64,000 bases of DNA from Obrimoposthia wandeli (lineage: Eukaryota), in contig CDROCS010001101.1 of assembly GCA_977020255.1 (NCBI GenBank), positions 186,001-250,000 on the forward strand. The letters run 5' to 3'. Positions 58,285 to 64,000 of this stretch are shown here, in pieces; positions within the stretch are counted from its first letter, which is position 1, and each line of letters opens with the position of its first letter. The notes under the pieces are model-generated. The model searched no databases, was not told where the DNA came from, and worked only from the letters and a program-made list of their open reading frames with translations. The translations under genes and the position numbers were made by a program.

Positions 58285-59053
58285 ACGTCATATATCTAAA
58301 GTGTTGTTGCTATCCGTGTATGTCTATTTATATACACCTATTTTTATATTAATCGGCAATTCATTTAACGCATCCAAATATGGACTAAAATGGAACGGCT
58401 TCACCACCAAATGGTATGAATTATTGTGGGTGAACGATACTTTACTTGAAGCCGCATTTAACTCGATTACCATCGCGGTTCTAGCATCATCAATCGCGGT
58501 GATAATTGGTACACTAGGTGCTGTGGCTTTGTTTAAGCACCAATTTAAAGGTAAAAGGTTTATATCTGGGCTACTCTTTGTAGTGATGATGTCACCGGAT
58601 ATTGTGATGGCAATTTCATTATTATCTTTATTTATCATACTTGGTTTAGATCTAGGTTTTGTTACCCTGCTTATCGCCCATATTACCTTTTGTATCCCGT
58701 TTGTCGTGATCACGGTTTATAGCAGATTAAGTAATTTCGATAATGCTATATTAGAAGCGGGTAAGGATTTAGGCGCAAGTGAAGGCACTATCTTTAAACG
58801 TATTATTTTACCAATAGCAAAACCAGCTATTATTGCCAGTTGGTTATTATCATTTACCTTGTCGCTTGATGATGTAATTGTAAGTTCGTTTGTTACTGGC
58901 CCAAGTTTTGAAGTCTTACCATTGAAGATTTATTCAATGGTTAAAGTTGGCGTATCGCCAGAGGTTAATGCACTGGCAACAATGATGATCGTCATATCGA
59001 TATCATTTGTCATTGCTGCTGCCGTTATTAATAAAAATGATAAGACTGTTTAA
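58277..59053 (+). CDS. potC: Spermidine/putrescine ABC permease
   Basis: MSPDIVMA, LEAGKDLGA, LSLDDV, LPLKIYSMVKVG. Confidence 0.93.
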   Translation: MLKRHISKVLLLSVYVYLYTPIFILIGNSFNASKYGLKWNGFTTKWYELLWVNDTLLEAAFNSITIAVLASSIAVIIGTLGAVALFKHQFKGKRFISGLLFVVMMSPDIVMAISLLSLFIILGLDLGFVTLLIAHITFCIPFVVITVYSRLSNFDNAILEAGKDLGASEGTIFKRIILPIAKPAIIASWLLSFTLSLDDVIVSSFVTGPSFEVLPLKIYSMVKVGVSPEVNALATMMIVISISFVIAAAVINKNDKTV

Positions 59054-59142
59054 CCACTCTCTATCATCGATTATGCCGTCCTGTATGTTTATTTGTATTA
59101 AGTAATACATGACGGCTATTTTTTACACTTAGAAAAAGAAGA

Positions 59143-60183
59143 ATGAACATGTTTAAAACATCAGTAAAATGTTTTGCTGCAGCCCTACTTTTTAGTAGCT
59201 CTGCTTACGCAACGACAATTAATTTTTATAACTGGTCTGAATATATCCCACCAGGGCTATTATCTCGATTCACTGAAGAAACAGGGATTAAAGTTGTTTA
59301 TTCAACTTACGAATCCAATGAGTCTATGTATGCTAAATTGAAAACATATGACAAAAATGGTTATGACTTAGTTGTACCTTCAACTTACTTCATCAGTAAA
59401 ATGAAAAATGAAGGTATGCTTCAAGAGATTGATCATAATAAATTAACGAACTATAAAAATCTTGACCCTTCTTTATTAAACAAAGAATATGATCTCGGTA
59501 ATCGTTACAGTATCCCGTATATCTGGGGCGCAACTGGCATCGGTGTGAACACGGCTGACATTGAACTAGCCTCGATCACAAGCTGGACTGATTTATGGGA
59601 TCCAAAATGGGAAGGTCAGTTATTATTAACGGATGACGCACGTGAAATATTCCACATGGCCCTAAAGATCCAAGGTCACTCTGCGAATACTCAAGATCCT
59701 GCTGAGTTGGCTCAAGCTTATGAGTTACTAAAGAAGTTAATGCCTAATGTATTGGTATTTAACTCTGACACGCCAGCTAACCCATATATTGCCGGTGAAG
59801 TAGAGTTTGGTATGATCTGGAACGGCAGTACCTACATGGCGCAGCAAGAAGATAGCGACATTACGATGGTATACCCTAAAGAAGGTGCAGTATTCTGGAT
59901 GGACAGCTTAGCAATTCCTAAGAATGCGAAGAATGTGGATGCAGTGCATAAGCTCATCGACTTCTTATTGCGTCCAGAAGTGGCTGCAGAAGTGGCACTA
60001 GAGATTGGCTACCCAACTCCTAACCAAGCAGCTAAAAAGCTTTTACCGAAGGAGTTTACTGATAATAAAATCGTATTCCCGGACGCTGAAACTATTGCTA
60101 ACGGTGAGTTCCATTCAGATGTCGGTGAAGCGAACATCATATATGAACGTTACTTCGAAAAACTAAAAGCACAAAATATGTAA
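59143..60183 (+). CDS. potD: Spermidine/putrescine-binding protein
   Basis: YNWSEYIP, YESNESMYAKL, PSTYF, PYIWG, PKEG..FWMDS. Confidence 0.93.
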   Translation: MNMFKTSVKCFAAALLFSSSAYATTINFYNWSEYIPPGLLSRFTEETGIKVVYSTYESNESMYAKLKTYDKNGYDLVVPSTYFISKMKNEGMLQEIDHNKLTNYKNLDPSLLNKEYDLGNRYSIPYIWGATGIGVNTADIELASITSWTDLWDPKWEGQLLLTDDAREIFHMALKIQGHSANTQDPAELAQAYELLKKLMPNVLVFNSDTPANPYIAGEVEFGMIWNGSTYMAQQEDSDITMVYPKEGAVFWMDSLAIPKNAKNVDAVHKLIDFLLRPEVAAEVALEIGYPTPNQAAKKLLPKEFTDNKIVFPDAETIANGEFHSDVGEANIIYERYFEKLKAQNM

Positions 60184-60225
60184 TATATTTTTGCTCAAGC
60201 AAATTTAGGCTTAGATTCAGATAAT

Positions 60226-60253
60226 AAAAAGGTGCATTCAATGCACCTTTTTT
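60226..60253. terminator. Bidirectional terminator (potD / cobB)
   Basis: A5-GGTGCAT-TCA-ATGCACC-T6. Confidence 0.88.
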
Positions 60254-60277
60254 GATCAACACAATAAACTAAAATTT

Positions 60278-61003
60278 TTAGAAAAATTGCTTATCACGAG
60301 CCATTAACTCTTCAACCAATTCTCTTACTTCTTCTGTCGCTTTACCGACACGGTGTTCTTTAAAATTATCAGATATATGAGTTGCATCAAGATTGATTTC
60401 TATCGTGTGTGCACATGCTTTGTTGGCTTCATTAACGAAGTCAGCTGCAGGATAAACAGATCCTGATGTACCAATAGCAATAAATAGGTCAGCTTCACTC
60501 AATGCCTTATAGATATCATTCATAAACAACGGCATTTCGTTAAACCACACGACATGCGGACGCAAGTTGCCTTGCACTTTGCAACATGGGCATTTCAATG
60601 TTTTACTCAATTGCTTATATGAAAATAATTTTTGAGTTTTTTCGCAACGTGCTTTAACTAATTCACCATGCATATGAATGATACTGTGAGCACCACCTCG
60701 TTCATGCAGGTTATCAATATTCTGGGTAACAATCGTGACACTACCGGTATAATTCTTTTGTAATTCAGCCAACGCGGTATGCGCATCATTTGGCTGGATA
60801 CTAGGCAAAGATAATTGGTTAAATCGTTGATTATAAAAACTATAAACTAACTCAGGATCTCGACGATAACCATCTAGAGTTGCTATATCATCAATATGAT
60901 GTTTAGCCCATAAACCATCACTTGCACGGAATGTCTCAATACCCGACTCCGCTGAAATACCAGAACCAGTGAGGATGACTATGTTGTTATAGGTGTCAAA
61001 CAT
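60278..61003 (-). CDS. cobB: NAD-dependent protein deacylase (class III sirtuin)
   Basis: GSGISAESGIETFR, FYNQR (YxxR), TQNIDNLHE, HMHGEL, LRPHVVWF, IGTSG.VYPAA. Confidence 0.94.
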   Translation of the reverse strand: MFDTYNNIVILTGSGISAESGIETFRASDGLWAKHHIDDIATLDGYRRDPELVYSFYNQRFNQLSLPSIQPNDAHTALAELQKNYTGSVTIVTQNIDNLHERGGAHSIIHMHGELVKARCEKTQKLFSYKQLSKTLKCPCCKVQGNLRPHVVWFNEMPLFMNDIYKALSEADLFIAIGTSGSVYPAADFVNEANKACAHTIEINLDATHISDNFKEHRVGKATEEVRELVEELMARDKQFF

Positions 61004-61283
61004 TTAACTTCTCTTTATTATAATACATGCATTAACCTTACCATTTTTGTGTCTTTGAGGCACGGCGAAATGACTGTTTCAGTCGATTAATTTGTGTAAT
61101 GTGATACGTATTTAAAATTAGCTATTGAGATGATTATAAACAAAAAATCAGTTTAGACTAAGAGAGTAATTTCAGTAAATAGTTCATGCTACGATTAGAA
61201 GAAAGAGATGGTTGAACATGTTTAGGTTAACGGAAGATTGTTGAGATGAGCTGTGGGTAATTGTGCAGTTGTGGATAATTATT

Positions 61284-61363
61284 GAGATTGTAATAGCAGT
61301 GGAGACAGTAATAACCGTGGAGATATGGAAATTGTAATAGCTGTAGACCTTGTAATAATTGCG
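61284..61363. repeat. Degenerate 18-bp repeat array between cobB and the phasin-like gene
   Basis: GAGATTGTAATAGCAGTG / GAGACAGTAATAACCGTG / (GAGATATG) / GAAATTGTAATAGCTGTA / GACCTTGTAATAATTGCG. Confidence 0.6.
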
Positions 61364-61399
61364 GCGATTTACTCACCGCCACAATCAGTCATTTTTATA

Positions 61400-62128
61400 T
61401 TATGATTTTTTCTTTGCTACTGTTTTTTTTACACGACGATTTGATACTTTTTTAGTTGTTTGCTTAACAGCAGCAACTTTTTCAACAGCATCAGCGACCA
61501 CAGGAGTCACGACATCTTTAACTGTATCAGTCACGGTTACGACAACAGGTGCAGCTTGTGTTACAACTTCTGATGCAACCTCAGCAGCCTTTTCTACGAC
61601 AGGTGCTGCTTGCGATACAGTATTTGATACAGCTTCAGCAACTTTCTCAACGACAGATGTAACTTCAGCAGCAACCGCTGAAACTTTTTCTGTCACAGCT
61701 ACTTCAACTTTAGCAATCACTTCTTGTACAGCCTCAACTTCCGCAGCAACATCTACTGGTTGCTGTTTAGCGTCTGCCAATGCAAGTTCAATTTGCTCTA
61801 TTTTATCAATGATATTATCAAATGAATTCGCATCAATATGCGTTAAGCTTGTTACGGCACTATGTACTTTGCCTTGTAATGCATCGGTTGCATTCTGGCT
61901 TGCTGATGCCAATTTATCTTTTTGAGTCGAGAATGTCAGCGTTGTCTCGTCTTCTAATTTGCGGCCTCGTTCAACAAGCTCATCAAAAATTGATTGGCTT
62001 TTAGTCACAGTGTTCGATGCAGATTCATAACCTTTATCATAGGCACCTAGACCAGCTAACCAGATGTTACGTGTAATTTGATCTTTAGCAGACCATACTT
62101 GTTTTGCTGCAGTAATTACTTTAGACAT
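61400..62128 (-). CDS. Phasin/PhaF-like granule-associated protein with low-complexity repeats and a basic tail
   Basis: RNIWLAGLGAY...FDELVERG N-terminal motif; V/A/E/T-rich QAAPVV repeats; C-terminus KKVSNRRVKKTVAKKKS. Confidence 0.7.
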   Translation of the reverse strand: MSKVITAAKQVWSAKDQITRNIWLAGLGAYDKGYESASNTVTKSQSIFDELVERGRKLEDETTLTFSTQKDKLASASQNATDALQGKVHSAVTSLTHIDANSFDNIIDKIEQIELALADAKQQPVDVAAEVEAVQEVIAKVEVAVTEKVSAVAAEVTSVVEKVAEAVSNTVSQAAPVVEKAAEVASEVVTQAAPVVVTVTDTVKDVVTPVVADAVEKVAAVKQTTKKVSNRRVKKTVAKKKS

Positions 62129-62371
62129 AAATAACCCTTTTTGAAGCCACTAATACAATATAAATTTTATAACTCATATATTATCGAGGTAAATTAGAAG
62201 ATACATTCCAAAGTTTTAGATACTTACCCTAGTTCTCCTCCTTAAAACCAGCTTGTGACAAACATCGCTATAATAAATTTCAATTAAATGTAAAAAACCA
62301 ACATTTTTGCTAACAAATTAACTTAAATAGCACTAAAATAAGCATCCTTTTGTACTTCCCAGAATTTAACT

Positions 62372-63598
62372 ATGCCAAGCCAAACCCATAAACTGCAAAT
62401 AAATTTTATTATTAAGCTAGGACTTGCATTACATCGTTGCGGTGCAACAAGTTACCGAATTGAAAATCATCTAATTAATTTGGCTAAATTCTGGAATATT
62501 GAAGCTAGTTTTCTGGTGACACCGACTGCTTTTACGTTCATTTTTTCAAGCAATCCTGATGAGCAACACACACATATTGTTCGAGTCCAACCTTCTGGTA
62601 ATGATCTAGGTAAACTAGCGCGAATAGATGAAATTGTTGAAAAGGTAGTGGACTCACAAGTCACGCTAGACCAAGCAATGGAGTTACTAATCGAAGCCAA
62701 ACAACAGCCAAGTTTTTATGGTGTTAAAACTGAAGCTCTAGGTTGGTGTGTTACTGGTGGTGCATTTGCAATGTTACTGTCTTCATCAAGCTTGGATATT
62801 ATTAGTTCGTTCCTGTTCTCATTCTTGGTGTTTATACTATACAAATTATCGGCTCACTCTCAACGATTGGGATCCATCGTTGAATTTTTCGCCCCCTTTA
62901 TCTCAGCTATTCTCGCTTGCTTTGTGGCCAGCCTTGGCATTACGATCAACGTACCGTTTGTGATTTTATCATCGGTGATTATCTTCATCCCAGGTCTAGC
63001 GATCACGGTGGCATTAAGCGAAATCGTCAATAAAGATCTGGTATCGGGTACATCCAAACTTGTCGATGCAACGATGCTATTGTTTAAATTGTATTTCGGT
63101 GCGTTACTTGGCATTACACTGGGCAACCTGATATGGACTATCGATCCGCAAGTATTAGATATGAGCTATGCGTTACCTGATTGGAAAAACTATATTGCTG
63201 TAGCCGCATTATCAACAGGTCTTGTCGTGGCCTTTAATGTCCATAAATCAGATATGCTTTGGGGTATTGCAGCAGGTTTAATCGCATATGTCGTCAGTAC
63301 TTTTGCAGCACAATATTTAGGCTTTACGTTAGGTACATTTGTGGGCTCGTTTGCCGTTGGCCTGTTCAGTAATATTTACGCCATTATTAAAAACAGACCA
63401 GCATCAATTGTGTTAATCCAAGGTATCGTCTTATTAGTCCCTGGTAGTCGTACTTATATGGACTTAAACACGTATATATCAGGTCATGAAATAATAAATA
63501 ACATTAATGACAGTGGTTTTGTGTTTATGATTTTCATTGCGATCCTTGCAGGTATGATCCTAGCGAATGCTGTATTACCAGCTAAGAAAAGTCTGTAA
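62372..63598 (+). CDS. Threonine/serine exporter ThrE family
   Basis: GATSYRIE, FLVTPT, IPGLAITVAL.E..LVSG, LLVPGS. Confidence 0.85.
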   Translation: MPSQTHKLQINFIIKLGLALHRCGATSYRIENHLINLAKFWNIEASFLVTPTAFTFIFSSNPDEQHTHIVRVQPSGNDLGKLARIDEIVEKVVDSQVTLDQAMELLIEAKQQPSFYGVKTEALGWCVTGGAFAMLLSSSSLDIISSFLFSFLVFILYKLSAHSQRLGSIVEFFAPFISAILACFVASLGITINVPFVILSSVIIFIPGLAITVALSEIVNKDLVSGTSKLVDATMLLFKLYFGALLGITLGNLIWTIDPQVLDMSYALPDWKNYIAVAALSTGLVVAFNVHKSDMLWGIAAGLIAYVVSTFAAQYLGFTLGTFVGSFAVGLFSNIYAIIKNRPASIVLIQGIVLLVPGSRTYMDLNTYISGHEIINNINDSGFVFMIFIAILAGMILANAVLPAKKSL

Positions 63599-63695
63599 TA
63601 TAGTCAGCTCTCCTTAATAACTGTATATACATCCATGTACTCATGCTATCCTTGTGGCATGAGTATTTTTTTATAGTTAAATTGATAGCGACATC

Positions 63696-64000
63696 ATGGC
63701 CAAAACTCCCAAAACAAAAACTAGTTTCCTCTGTTCTGAATGTGGCGCTAATTTCCCGCGCTGGCAAGGACAATGTAATGCCTGTAAAGCTTGGAATACG
63801 TTAGCTGAATTCAAAGAGGCAACTCTACCGAGTCAGCAGCGCAGTATTGCATCCCAAGGTGGTTATGCCGGTACACTCGGTAACACCGTCAAAAAGATGT
63901 CTGAAGTATCACATGTTGAATTAAACAAGATTAATACTCAGATAGGTGAATTAGACCGAGTACTCGGTAACGGCCTTACCGTCGGTTCAATCGTACTGAT
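63696..64000 (+). CDS. radA: DNA repair protein RadA/Sms (5' part, runs off the window)
   Basis: MAKTPKTKTSFLCSECG..PRWQGQCNACKAWNT Zn finger, GELDRVLG.G. Not in the ORF track. Confidence 0.92.
   Translation, partial: MAKTPKTKTSFLCSECGANFPRWQGQCNACKAWNTLAEFKEATLPSQQRSIASQGGYAGTLGNTVKKMSEVSHVELNKINTQIGELDRVLGNGLTVGSIVL

Noticed and set aside
62254-62269. CRP site in the phasin-like/thrE divergent region (TGTGA-N6-TCGCT)
   Set aside because: The right half-site has two mismatches; too weak to call in AT-rich DNA.
792-63773. Numerous 60-185 aa ORFs in the track that overlap bona fide genes on the opposite strand or another frame (e.g. 26020-26424, 26958-27512, 61359-61925)
   Set aside because: They are shadow ORFs of well-supported genes, with no recognisable motifs or RBS. 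26020-26424 and 61359-61925 are antisense reads of repeat-coding regions.
1-64000. tRNA/rRNA genes, integrase, transposase, prophage genes, dif site
   Set aside because: None recognised by eye. A tRNAscan/Infernal/ISEScan run would be needed to exclude degenerate cases.

Overview
AT-rich chromosomal segment from a marine gammaproteobacterium. Gene order and proteins look Vibrionales/Alteromonadales-like, possibly Moritella/Psychromonas; this is inference and not confirmed. Three parts: (1) 1-25.7 kb, a conserved core block: rmf, DUF3466-type GlyGly-CTERM protein, uup, glutaredoxin-like, rlmKL, zapC, pyrD, large NAD-GDH, pepN, prc, proQ, yebG with a LexA box, split letA/yebS, letB/yebT and rsmF. 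(2) 26-42.5 kb, a more accessory block: a membrane-anchored DUF2760-type protein plus two atypical Hsp70s and a convergent TerB-fold gene; a Cache/GAF/GGDEF cyclase with an MsbA-like exporter; an unannotated 57-aa secreted peptide; a lipoprotein; and a divergent chitobiase/chitoporin pair with NagC- and CRP-like sites. (3) 42.5-64 kb, core genes again: ppiC, pgm, ccoNOQP-HIS with FNR boxes, fnr, uspE, ttcA, potABCD, cobB, a phasin-like protein, thrE and a partial radA. I recognised no rRNA, tRNA, CRISPR array, integrase or transposase. The best candidate for an uncharacterised system is the DUF2760 / dual-Hsp70 (/TerB) locus at 26.1-32.0 kb. All motif calls and family assignments were made by eye and from memory; no searches were run.
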